A DNA stretch of 43,499 bases, taken from assembly GCA_016234585.1 (NCBI GenBank), contig JACRBB010000029.1:1-43499 (forward strand), written 5' to 3'. The number at the start of each line of letters is the position of its first letter. Position 1 is the stretch's first letter. Position numbers and translations under genes: made by a program. The DNA is from Candidatus Saccharimonadota bacterium (GTDB lineage Bacteria > Patescibacteriota > Saccharimonadia > Saccharimonadales > UBA10212). Positions 20,652 to 28,608 of this stretch are shown in pieces. The notes under the pieces were generated by a model. The model had not been told where the DNA came from and did not search any database. It saw only the letters and a list, made by a program, of their open reading frames with translations.

Positions 20652-20720
20652 GCGGTTATCGCTTGTAGTATAATATTATTAGCTGTTTTGCAAGAAGAGC
20701 ACCAGACTTGAGAGGTGAAA

Positions 20721-21242
20721 ATGAGAAAGGTATTGTGTGCTGTCACAATGACAGGGGCAGCACTGGCTCTTCCGTTAGGCGGAGGAGCAGCTCAAGCATC
20801 CGTGACCGATACGCTTCGAGCCTGCCTGAGGTACGAAGGGCGCGCCTACGAGGTGTGTACCGCATATGTCGGCAACTCCTCGCTACTGGCACTGGTTCCC
20901 TACTATAAGTGGGCCAACTCATCCAATCCAGCTCGTGCTGTGGCCGTCACCAACCGCCTGCGCTCTCGCTACTACGGAGCGGCTCGACGCTTGATTGCCG
21001 GGCGGGTCAACGGCTGGCCGGCTGGCGAGAACAAGGTCTCCATACCGCTTTTCACGATCCTGAGCGTCAGCTCCGATCTCGAGCACAATCGCGCGATCCT
21101 GAGGACGCGGGAAACATGGAGAGTTCGAACCAAGAGCAATGGTCGGACCATCTACCGCGAGATCGGTCGTCCTCACCGCATTACCATGAAGAGAGTCCAA
21201 GGACTCGTTCTTCACAAGTGGGTGGTCTCCGCGATCAGGTAG
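20721..21242 (+). CDS. GC-rich secreted hypothetical protein
   Basis: GAGGTG RBS, signal peptide ending AQA, Cys pair, strongly GC3-biased codons, own terminator. Confidence 0.75.
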   Translation: MRKVLCAVTMTGAALALPLGGGAAQASVTDTLRACLRYEGRAYEVCTAYVGNSSLLALVPYYKWANSSNPARAVAVTNRLRSRYYGAARRLIAGRVNGWPAGENKVSIPLFTILSVSSDLEHNRAILRTRETWRVRTKSNGRTIYREIGRPHRITMKRVQGLVLHKWVVSAIR

Positions 21243-21263
21243 CTCGCGCAGCAAGACAGCATG

Positions 21264-21289
21264 GGCCGGCCCCACAAGGCCGGCCTTTT
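21264..21289 (+). terminator. Rho-independent terminator
   Basis: GGCCGGCC-ccacaa-GGCCGGCC-TTTT. Confidence 0.8.
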
Positions 21290-21347
21290 GTTATTTATAC
21301 TAAAAATATTCAATCTACTTTGGGTTGCCAAAGTAGCAAAGCAACCA

Positions 21348-21430
21348 GGCTGCGTTTTTTCTTGATGTAATCTCACTCATGGAAAGCTGATGCCTGTCCA
21401 GCACTTATGTATAAGTGCTGTGGCCCGGAC
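21348..21430 (+). repeat. Left copy of 83-bp inverted repeat
   Basis: Exact reverse complement of 28387-28469 by manual alignment; contains palindrome CAGCACTTAT-GT-ATAAGTGCTG. Confidence 0.95.
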
Positions 21431-21483
21431 CCAAGAAAGTAAAACATTGCAAAGTGTAACCAAGTATTGTTTAATATATAAAT

Positions 21484-21894
21484 ATGTATAAGCCAAGTAT
21501 TAGGTTTAATGGTGAGCAGTACCAGGGGCTCGAGGATCATCTTGGAGATCTTGCCGAAAAGCTTGTTGGTATTGTGAATGCTACGGCATTCAACAGACTA
21601 AAGGAAAATGCCCTACGCGATCCGACAGATATTGAGGTGACACCAGTCATGTTAGAAAGGCCCTCATTTATTGTACGGTCTTGGCATGAGACAGAGTCTC
21701 CAGGGGGGTCGGTAGGCATATTACAGCCACAGGATCTAACCCTAGAAGTTAAGATGGACAAGGAAGACATGTACCTAACTACCGAAGAGGATTCAAGCTA
21801 CAGGTTAACAACAAGGGAAGCGTTCTTGATGGTCACCATAGGTGGTACGGCTATGCTTATGGGTGCCTTATCCAACCCAACAATTGGTGAATAA
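21484..21894 (+). CDS. Hypothetical protein with C-terminal hydrophobic segment
   Basis: 136-aa ORF with AT-rich promoter-like upstream; no recognised motif. Confidence 0.55.
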   Translation: MYKPSIRFNGEQYQGLEDHLGDLAEKLVGIVNATAFNRLKENALRDPTDIEVTPVMLERPSFIVRSWHETESPGGSVGILQPQDLTLEVKMDKEDMYLTTEEDSSYRLTTREAFLMVTIGGTAMLMGALSNPTIGE

Positions 21895-21950
21895 ACAAGC
21901 TGTACAACTCCTTATAACAGGGGTATAATGCGGGTTAATTGGAGTTTTGA

Positions 21951-22385
21951 ATGTCTAACAAAAAAATGACTGAGGACTTTGTTAAAAACTCAGTCATCAA
22001 ATGGCTATCCAGAAATGGTTGGGGGCATTTTGAATTTGATGAACTACACACCCACGGTGTTGATATAAGGGCGCGGAACGTTAGATACAGTCGCTATTTT
22101 TTTATTGAGGCAAAAGGCGAAAGCATTAACCGCTCTGGTCTAGAAGTAGCTTTTATATATTCGCTTGGACAGATTATCACGCGGATGAAAGATAGTGGCT
22201 TAACAAGAAATTATTACGGCTTAGCCCTGCCTGCGAACAGTGCAAAAATTGCACTGAGACGAATTTCATGGCAAGTCGCTAAAAAACTTTTACTCTATAT
22301 ATTCTCCGTTAGTGCAGACGGAAAAGTTATTCAGTATAGCTGGAGAGAAATAAAGGATCGACAAACGATCTCAGCAGGATCATAA
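21951..22385 (+). CDS. PD-(D/E)XK restriction-endonuclease-fold protein
   Basis: E..V..WL..GW, GVDIRA..FFIEAKG, LGQII motif spacing. Confidence 0.75.
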   Translation: MSNKKMTEDFVKNSVIKWLSRNGWGHFEFDELHTHGVDIRARNVRYSRYFFIEAKGESINRSGLEVAFIYSLGQIITRMKDSGLTRNYYGLALPANSAKIALRRISWQVAKKLLLYIFSVSADGKVIQYSWREIKDRQTISAGS

Positions 22386-22413
22386 TGGTTGCTGTAGATG
22401 ATTAAATGTAAAA

Positions 22414-23253
22414 ATGGCTAAGCCATTCCTCAAGTGGGTTGGTGGTAAAACTCAGCTGCTAGGCCAGTTTGCCGACATACTGCCGCCTCAGACAAAAATA
22501 AAAAAATATTATGAACCATTCGTGGGTGGAGGGGCTGTATTCTTCTACTTAGAACCGGCTGAGGCAGTTATCAATGATCTAAATTCACACCTCATTTATT
22601 TGTATCGTCACGTAAAGAGCAGTCTTCAAGAACTTATAGATGAACTAGAAATAATACAGAGTCAATATCTTCCTTTAAATCATGAAGAACGAAAAAACTA
22701 TTACTATGAGGCGAGGATCAAGTATAACAAGATAAAAACAGATGACTCAGTTACAAAGTCAGCGCTATTAATCTTTCTTAATAAAACCTGCTTTAACGGA
22801 ATGTATAGAGAAAATCCTAAAGGTGAATATAATATTCCATTTGGTCGCAACAATACGGTAGCTATTTTTGATCCAGCAATTCTGGAAAATGCCTCTAGGG
22901 TACTTCAGCAAACAAAAATTATGTATGGGTCTTACAAAAATTCTCTACGGTCGGCAGGAAACGGCGACTTTGTATATTTAGATCCGCCCTATGTTCCCTT
23001 GAATAACACCACCGCAAACTTTACACAGTACGTCAGTGAGGATTTTAATACGCGGCAACACGACAAGCTGAAAATAATTTTTGATGAGTTGGAGAAAAGA
23101 GGATGCAAAGTCATGCTCAGCAACTCGGATACAAAACTGGTAAGGAGTAAGTATAAAGAGTACAATATAACTCCAGTTTACGCAAACCGATTCGTAAATT
23201 GCAAACCAGGTGGTAGGGGTAAAATTAGCGAACTAGTCATAACTAACTATTAA
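22414..23253 (+). CDS. dam: Dam/DpnM-family (D12 class) DNA adenine methyltransferase
   Basis: PFLKWVGGKTQL, EPFVGGGAV, NKTCFNGMYRENPKGEYNIPFG, YLDPPY. Confidence 0.93.
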   Translation: MAKPFLKWVGGKTQLLGQFADILPPQTKIKKYYEPFVGGGAVFFYLEPAEAVINDLNSHLIYLYRHVKSSLQELIDELEIIQSQYLPLNHEERKNYYYEARIKYNKIKTDDSVTKSALLIFLNKTCFNGMYRENPKGEYNIPFGRNNTVAIFDPAILENASRVLQQTKIMYGSYKNSLRSAGNGDFVYLDPPYVPLNNTTANFTQYVSEDFNTRQHDKLKIIFDELEKRGCKVMLSNSDTKLVRSKYKEYNITPVYANRFVNCKPGGRGKISELVITNY

Positions 23254-23256
23254 CAG

Positions 23257-25290
23257 ATGTTAAAAGAACTTAAATTAAAACAGGTTTACAGCTCAGAAGC
23301 AGATAACTTGATACGGGACTTCTATGTACCTGTATTATCCACAGCCAAAAAATATCAAAGAATTACTGGGTATTTTTCGTCCAGAGCCATATTAGCAGCG
23401 AGTCAAGGAATGGCTAACTTCTTCATGAACGGCGGACAATATCAACTCATCATGGGGGCACAGCTTACACCAGAAGATTATAAAACTATAAAAAACACAG
23501 ACCTAACCTTAGAAAAAGTACTATTAGAAAAGTTATATTTCGATCCAGCTCATTTTATAACTGAAATAGAAGTAGATTACTTACGAGTATTCAGTCAGCT
23601 TTTATTATCTGGTTCGTTAGAGATCAAAATAGCAATAGTGGATAAAGACAACGAGGGAATATTCCACGAAAAAGTGGGTATTTTAGAAGACAAAGCTGGA
23701 GATAAGATAAGTTTTAGTGGATCTATCAATGAGACAGCCGCAGGTTGGGGGGCCAATATTGAGGAGTTCAAGGTCTTTAGAAGTTGGCTACCTGAAGAAA
23801 AGCCTTACCAAGAGAGAGACATAGAAAGATTCAATGCATACTGGAATAATGAATCGCACCTCAAGGCTCTACCTTTGCCGGAAGCACTCAAGGATAAGAT
23901 ACTAAAATGTTCTTCTGCACATGAAGATGTGAAGCATTCCTTAAAAAAGATTCAGCATTACGAAGAAGATCTAAGGCCTGCACCAAAAACACTGTATCGT
24001 TATCAGGAAGACGCGGTTGCTAGCTGGGTGAAGAACAACTACAGAGGTATCTTTGAGATGGCGACAGGCACCGGGAAGACCCTCACAGCCTTGGGGGCTA
24101 TCCAAAAAATATATGATTTCAATAAAAGGTACTTCTGTGTCGTAGGTGTCCCCCAGAAACATCTCGTCAGACAATGGAGAACCGATATAGAAATTCAGCT
24201 ACCCAAAGCTCATATTTTGGAGGCACACAGCTCGGCTGGGGAATGGAGAGAAAAAATACGAGATCTAGTTAGTGACTATGAAGATAATATTGTTAACGAA
24301 GTAGTCATAATCGCTACCCATGCAACTATGTCCTCTAAAGATTTCATAGATATCGTTGATAAGTCCGATCTTAGTTTGATCGCTGATGAAATGCATAATA
24401 TGGGTGCAGCGCAGACTAGAAAAGGCTTAACGAATTACTACACCTATCGGATCGGACTAAGTGCTACGCCACTTAGGGCGTACGATGAGGAAGGAACGGA
24501 TTTCCTAGAGCAATACTTCAGTGGAGCTATATTTAAGTATCCTCTGGACCAAGCGATTAAGGATGGATGGTTAACGCCATACAAATACTATCCTATCTAT
24601 GTCGAACTAGATTCTGATGAGACACAGGAGTATGTTCAACTGTCTAAAAAAATCACCCAGGCATCCTTTATTGAAGGAGGAGGTGAATATCTAGAAAGAT
24701 TGCTGCTAATTCGAAGTAGAATTATCAAAAAGTGTCGTAATAAGACAATTGCTTTTGAGCATTTGCTAGAAAGGCTGGTGAGCGAGGATGGAGAAATAAA
24801 TCATCTGCTTGTTTATTGCGACCAAGGACAGCAGCTAGAGGATGCCCAGGTAATAGTGAATAAAAAAGGTATTATTAATCATAGGTTTACTCAATCTGAG
24901 AGCATCAGTGATAGAAAAAAAATTCTCGATCTTTTTGATGATGGATCCTACCAGTGTCTCTTGGCTATAAAGTGCTTAGATGAGGGAGTAAATGTCCCTT
25001 CAACCAAACAAGCAATTATACTTGCGAGTACTACCAACCCTCGAGAGTATATCCAAAGGAGAGGACGAGTCTTGCGTAAATATCCAGGCAAGGAGTTTGC
25101 AATAATTTACGACTTTGTGGTGGTACCCGACAGCTCAACGCTCGATGCTGAAACATTTAAATTCGAGAGAAAAATAATAGCAGGCGAGCTAAGACGTATA
25201 AAGGATTTTATAGAAAGCTCTGATAATAAAGCGGAGGGCCTAAACAGTATTTATAGAATAACTGACAAATATCAGGTATATTTTGAGTAA
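23257..25290 (+). CDS. PLD(HKD)-nuclease / SF2 DExH helicase fusion (PbeA-like)
   Basis: GYFSS, FHEKVGILED (HxKx4D), FSGSINET; MATGTGKT, DEMH, GLSATP, LDEGVNVP, QRRGRVLR. Confidence 0.9.
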   Translation: MLKELKLKQVYSSEADNLIRDFYVPVLSTAKKYQRITGYFSSRAILAASQGMANFFMNGGQYQLIMGAQLTPEDYKTIKNTDLTLEKVLLEKLYFDPAHFITEIEVDYLRVFSQLLLSGSLEIKIAIVDKDNEGIFHEKVGILEDKAGDKISFSGSINETAAGWGANIEEFKVFRSWLPEEKPYQERDIERFNAYWNNESHLKALPLPEALKDKILKCSSAHEDVKHSLKKIQHYEEDLRPAPKTLYRYQEDAVASWVKNNYRGIFEMATGTGKTLTALGAIQKIYDFNKRYFCVVGVPQKHLVRQWRTDIEIQLPKAHILEAHSSAGEWREKIRDLVSDYEDNIVNEVVIIATHATMSSKDFIDIVDKSDLSLIADEMHNMGAAQTRKGLTNYYTYRIGLSATPLRAYDEEGTDFLEQYFSGAIFKYPLDQAIKDGWLTPYKYYPIYVELDSDETQEYVQLSKKITQASFIEGGGEYLERLLLIRSRIIKKCRNKTIAFEHLLERLVSEDGEINHLLVYCDQGQQLEDAQVIVNKKGIINHRFTQSESISDRKKILDLFDDGSYQCLLAIKCLDEGVNVPSTKQAIILASTTNPREYIQRRGRVLRKYPGKEFAIIYDFVVVPDSSTLDAETFKFERKIIAGELRRIKDFIESSDNKAEGLNSIYRITDKYQVYFE

Positions 25291-25298
25291 GGCAAATT

Positions 25299-25496
25299 AT
25301 GAGAATACTAAACCCTGAGATAGAGGCCCACATTAACGCACTACCCGATACATACAGAAGAGAGAAGAAACTTCTGAAGGATCTTCTCGTGTTTGAGCAC
25401 GAGCACTCAGACAAAGCAAACTACGCATTCAAACAAGAAATTCTACAAATGGTAGAAGAAGTGCTGAGAGATTTTCCAGATGATACAAATAAATAA
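25299..25496 (+). CDS. Small helical protein of the helicase-ATPase module (PbeB-like position)
   Basis: 65 aa, 8 nt after the helicase stop and overlapping the ATPase start. Confidence 0.7.
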   Translation: MRILNPEIEAHINALPDTYRREKKLLKDLLVFEHEHSDKANYAFKQEILQMVEEVLRDFPDDTNK

Positions 25497-27420
25497 AATA
25501 CGGATTAAAAATTTCCGCCAATACAGGTCTCTGGAACTGGCCTTTCCAGACGACAAAGGCATCTACTTATTTATTGGGAAAAATGGGATGGGAAAATCCA
25601 ACTTCCTGAACGCTATTTGCTGGTGTTTATACGAAGATATGCCTTTCCGCGCTCATGATAACACCGACAACAAATTAAATATTTATAATGAGGAATCTCT
25701 AAACGCCTCGGATAGCAAGGTAATCTTAGCTGAGGTGGAGCTAGAGGTAACAATTGATAAAACTCAGTATAAATTCCAACGTAAACTTCACAATCTGCCA
25801 GTGGGGAATACCAATACAGACTTTAAAGCTTTCAGATTAGATAATGGCGACTGGCAGTTAATACCTAATGCAACGCACTACATTGATAATTTTCTGCCTA
25901 GGTCTTTACGACAATTCTTCTTGTTTGACGGCGAAGGTGTACGAGGTCTATTCAAGGGGGACTACTCGACTAATCTAAAAATGAGTATCTGGAAGGTCTC
26001 TCATATTGACCTGCTTAATACCACGATCAATCACCTGGATACGGTTGCTAGTGAGTTGAGAAAAACTCTTGCGCTTGAAATGCCCGAATTAGAATCCACC
26101 ATACAAGCAATATCTGAGCACGAAACGCTGATTCAAAGAAAAAAGAGTGATCTTTTCGAAAATTCAAAGCAAAAAAAGGAGCTCGAATTAAATCTCCATA
26201 AAATCTCACAGAGATATAAAGAACATGCCAAATATAGGGAACTACAGATTAAACGTGAGTCTTTAGAAAACGAGAAGCATCGTTTGCTTAGTCAGCTTGA
26301 GGATATACGACGTGACGTAACGGCATTATATGTATCGTTGGGTCCCTTCGTATTCGTGGCAGATGAACTTTCAAAATATACTTCACAGATTGGTTTGCAA
26401 AGAGATAAAGGAACTATACCTGCGTCTATAAAACCCACCTTAATCAACGACTTACTTGAGACCAAGATGTGCATTTGCGGACGACATATCAGCCCCGCGG
26501 AAGAGTCTCATTTGCACCAACTACTTAACCAGAACCAGGAGGCGGACAAGAAAGAGTTCCTGGTCGATGATGGCTACATACTCGGCAATTTAAATCATAC
26601 GATATCTAGCAGCTACGAGAGTTTGCTATCCAAAAGAAAAACGATTAGAGAGTTAGAGCAACAAAATGAAAACATTGAGCGTGAACTTAAGGAGATAAGT
26701 GATAATCTGGTTAGTGCCCCAGAGGCCGAAATCGGTAATATAGAAACTCAGATCAGGATTATGCACGAAGAAGGAGGCAACTTGGCCGTGGAAGCCTCTA
26801 AACTTGTGCAAGAGATACAAGACTACGAACAAAAGCTAAAAGAATCTAAAGACGAAGTCCAAAAAATGGCTGAGACACAAGAGAAATTAAAAAAAGATAC
26901 TCAAAAACTTAGTTTGCTGGAATCAACTGTTGAGAAAGCTAAAAAAGTACGAGACAAGGTAATCGACCAGGTTCGAAAAAACGTGTCATTCCACACCAAT
27001 CAATATTTCCACGATCTAATGTGGAAAAGTGACTTTACTAAACTTGAATTCACTGACGGCTATAAGATAATAATTCAGAAGGAAGGAGTTGTAGAGCCAA
27101 TCGATCATACTAGATTGAGCAATGGTGAAACCAAAGTTTTAGGATTTGCCACTATAAAGGCCTTGACTGAACTATCCGGTTTCGAGAACTTCCCTGCTTT
27201 TATAGATGCACCTGTAGAGCAATTAGATCAGCAGGTAGAAAAAAATCTATTAGATTTATTACCAAACTTTATGCCCGAAAAACAAGTATTTGTCTTTTCA
27301 CTGGACGGTGAGAATATAGTTGAATTCGGGAAAGAAAAGATACCGAATGATAGACTATTTAAACTAGTGAGAGAACCAAATTCGTTAAGTAGCAAGATCG
27401 TGAATTACTATGGCAACTGA
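25480..27420 (+). CDS. Rad50/SMC-like ABC ATPase with CxC hinge (DndD/PbeC-like)
   Basis: IKNFRQY, Walker A GKNGMGKS, FFLFDGE, coiled coils around CICG, signature LSNGE, Walker B FIDAP. Confidence 0.9.
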   Translation: MIQINKIRIKNFRQYRSLELAFPDDKGIYLFIGKNGMGKSNFLNAICWCLYEDMPFRAHDNTDNKLNIYNEESLNASDSKVILAEVELEVTIDKTQYKFQRKLHNLPVGNTNTDFKAFRLDNGDWQLIPNATHYIDNFLPRSLRQFFLFDGEGVRGLFKGDYSTNLKMSIWKVSHIDLLNTTINHLDTVASELRKTLALEMPELESTIQAISEHETLIQRKKSDLFENSKQKKELELNLHKISQRYKEHAKYRELQIKRESLENEKHRLLSQLEDIRRDVTALYVSLGPFVFVADELSKYTSQIGLQRDKGTIPASIKPTLINDLLETKMCICGRHISPAEESHLHQLLNQNQEADKKEFLVDDGYILGNLNHTISSSYESLLSKRKTIRELEQQNENIERELKEISDNLVSAPEAEIGNIETQIRIMHEEGGNLAVEASKLVQEIQDYEQKLKESKDEVQKMAETQEKLKKDTQKLSLLESTVEKAKKVRDKVIDQVRKNVSFHTNQYFHDLMWKSDFTKLEFTDGYKIIIQKEGVVEPIDHTRLSNGETKVLGFATIKALTELSGFENFPAFIDAPVEQLDQQVEKNLLDLLPNFMPEKQVFVFSLDGENIVEFGKEKIPNDRLFKLVREPNSLSSKIVNYYGN

Positions 27421-27844
27421 ATCAGTTAAATACCCACAGTTTATTAATATGGATGCTGAGATAAAGGCTAAATATCTAGATCCGCTAGTATCAGATCCTA
27501 ATACGATATTCTTCAAACAAGACCTAGGGGAAGCATATCTAATGGCTGGTGTCTATGGCTTTATGTTTGATCTAAAAAAAACGACCAAAAAGATAGCCAA
27601 TATTAGAGTGTTCGATAGGTGGCAGGATCAATACAAAGTCTTATTTAGAGTTATTGCAGCTGCAGATAAGAAGTATGATTTCGAAGTTCTATTAGATGGT
27701 GCAAAGACTTTAAAAATTGTTGAAGAGTACGCTAATGGCGGAGCTCAAAGACTATATGAAGATGCCACCTTATTAAACTCCTCAGAAACGCTTGAGAAAA
27801 AAATATGGGGAAAAATAAAAGCAATTAGCTCCAAGACTGAGTAG
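27410..27844 (+). CDS. Dnd-associated small protein (PbeD/DndE-like position)
   Basis: Overlaps the ATPase stop; YLMAGVYG and IVEEYANGG resemble dnd-associated protein 4 as recalled. Confidence 0.65.
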   Translation: MATESVKYPQFINMDAEIKAKYLDPLVSDPNTIFFKQDLGEAYLMAGVYGFMFDLKKTTKKIANIRVFDRWQDQYKVLFRVIAAADKKYDFEVLLDGAKTLKIVEEYANGGAQRLYEDATLLNSSETLEKKIWGKIKAISSKTE

Positions 27845-27896
27845 CCCAGCCCTATAGCCTGAACAATGTCGGTGTGGAGTATATTTTGTCACACAA

Positions 27897-28017
27897 TAGT
27901 TTGCTGCATCCTTAGATGTTATTGATCAGGCTACCAGAGTCATTATTAACGGCAAAAGTAGTTCATTATTATGATAAAAACCCTGAAGAAATTCCTCTCA
28001 TCGAATCTCAAAAATGA
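27897..28017 (+). pseudogene. Possible decayed C-terminus of a T5orf172/GIY-YIG-like gene
   Basis: (*)FAASLDVIDQATRVIINGK then +1 shift VVHYYDK; resembles a recalled EWFxxPLxVIDxA..I..G.I..Y.YD ending. Confidence 0.3.
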
Positions 28018-28071
28018 TGGGTAGACACTTGACTTGTTAAGTATTCTTTAGTTTTTAAGATTCGGATTCGA

Positions 28072-28095
28072 GCCATTCGATAGGCTCAGGCTAAA
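28072..28095 (+). repeat. Degenerate REP-like palindrome
   Basis: GCCATTCGATAGGCTCAGGCTAAA, similar to copies at 32231-32254 (minus) and 39981-40004. Confidence 0.5.
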
Positions 28096-28124
28096 GAAAA
28101 CAGAGAGGGATAATTAGTTTCGTG

Positions 28125-28180
28125 AAAAGAAGAACCGGGACTGGCCGGGGAGGATTACTTTCGCACCTCCCCGGCCAGTC
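28125..28180 (-). terminator. Strong GC-rich terminator hairpin
   Basis: GACTGGCCGGGGAGG (28139-28153) / CCTCCCCGGCCAGTC (28166-28180) perfect 15-bp stem, then TTCTTCTTTT on the minus strand. Confidence 0.7.
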
Positions 28181-28334
28181 ACCGATGCTAGCTCGGTTTT
28201 GGTATTGCGAGCACCAGCTAGCACAACCACGATGTGCGAGGTGTTGGACGAATCGCTTTCGAGAAAAGACCAGTGTTTCGGCTGGACTAGTCAGGATTGC
28301 GACGGGGCCATATCCTCGCTCGAACGTGGTTGGT
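28125..28334 (-). ncRNA. Candidate ~210-nt structured non-coding RNA
   Basis: Upstream TTGCTA-17-TATGAT promoter, nested stems CAACCACG/CGTGGTTG and GCGAGG/CCTCGC, hairpin TGCTAGCT/AGCTAGCA, 15-bp terminal hairpin plus U-rich tail; no credible ORF. Confidence 0.55.
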
Positions 28335-28340
28335 AAAAAA

Positions 28341-28369
28341 ATCATAATGTCTTTTTCCATGTTTAGCAA
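28341..28369 (-). promoter_or_regulatory. Sigma70-type promoter
   Basis: Minus strand TTGCTA-17 nt-TATGAT. Confidence 0.55.
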
Positions 28370-28386
28370 ATGGTTGCCCGAGTTGA

Positions 28387-28469
28387 GTCCGGGCCACAGC
28401 ACTTATACATAAGTGCTGGACAGGCATCAGCTTTCCATGAGTGAGATTACATCAAGAAAAAACGCAGCC
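28387..28469 (-). repeat. Right copy of 83-bp inverted repeat
   Basis: Exact reverse complement of 21348-21430. Confidence 0.95.
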
Positions 28470-28608
28470 CGGCGTTTGGCCACACCTTTACGCTAAAGGT
28501 GTGAAAAATGTTTGCCGACTTTACAAAGTAGCCCAAGCCTCTTATAAATCCGTAAGAATAAATATTTCTTGCATATCGGCGTATAATTATAGGTAAGTAG
28601 GAGGGTCT

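Larger units (their letters stand above)
21348..28469. mobile_element. AT-rich defence island bounded by long inverted repeats, no recombinase encoded
   Basis: 83-bp terminal IRs, visibly lower GC and ATA/AGA/CTA-rich codons in 21950-28050, defence-type cargo. Confidence 0.65.

Noticed and set aside
25480-27844. Calling the island a DNA phosphorothioation (dnd) modification cluster
   Set aside because: No cysteine desulfurase or PAPS-reductase-like DndC gene in the window; only the ATPase and small protein resemble Dnd components.
28139-28300. Group II intron domain V or hammerhead ribozyme in the ncRNA candidate
   Set aside because: No AGC/CGC triad with correct stem length; CUGACUA does not fit CUGANGA and stem II cannot form.
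28355-28400. tRNA-like 3' end / att site (..CGGGCAACCA on the minus strand)
   Set aside because: No T-loop consensus or cloverleaf could be built, and no direct-repeat partner was found.
28091-28412. ORFs 28091-28402 (-) and 28122-28412 (+)
   Set aside because: They run through the inverted repeat, promoter and long hairpins, with atypical composition and no motifs; better explained as non-coding structure.
21329-28532. 9-bp direct repeat CAAAGTAGC (21329-21337 and 28524-28532) as target-site duplication
   Set aside because: It lies 10 and 54 nt from the IR ends, not abutting them; may be chance.
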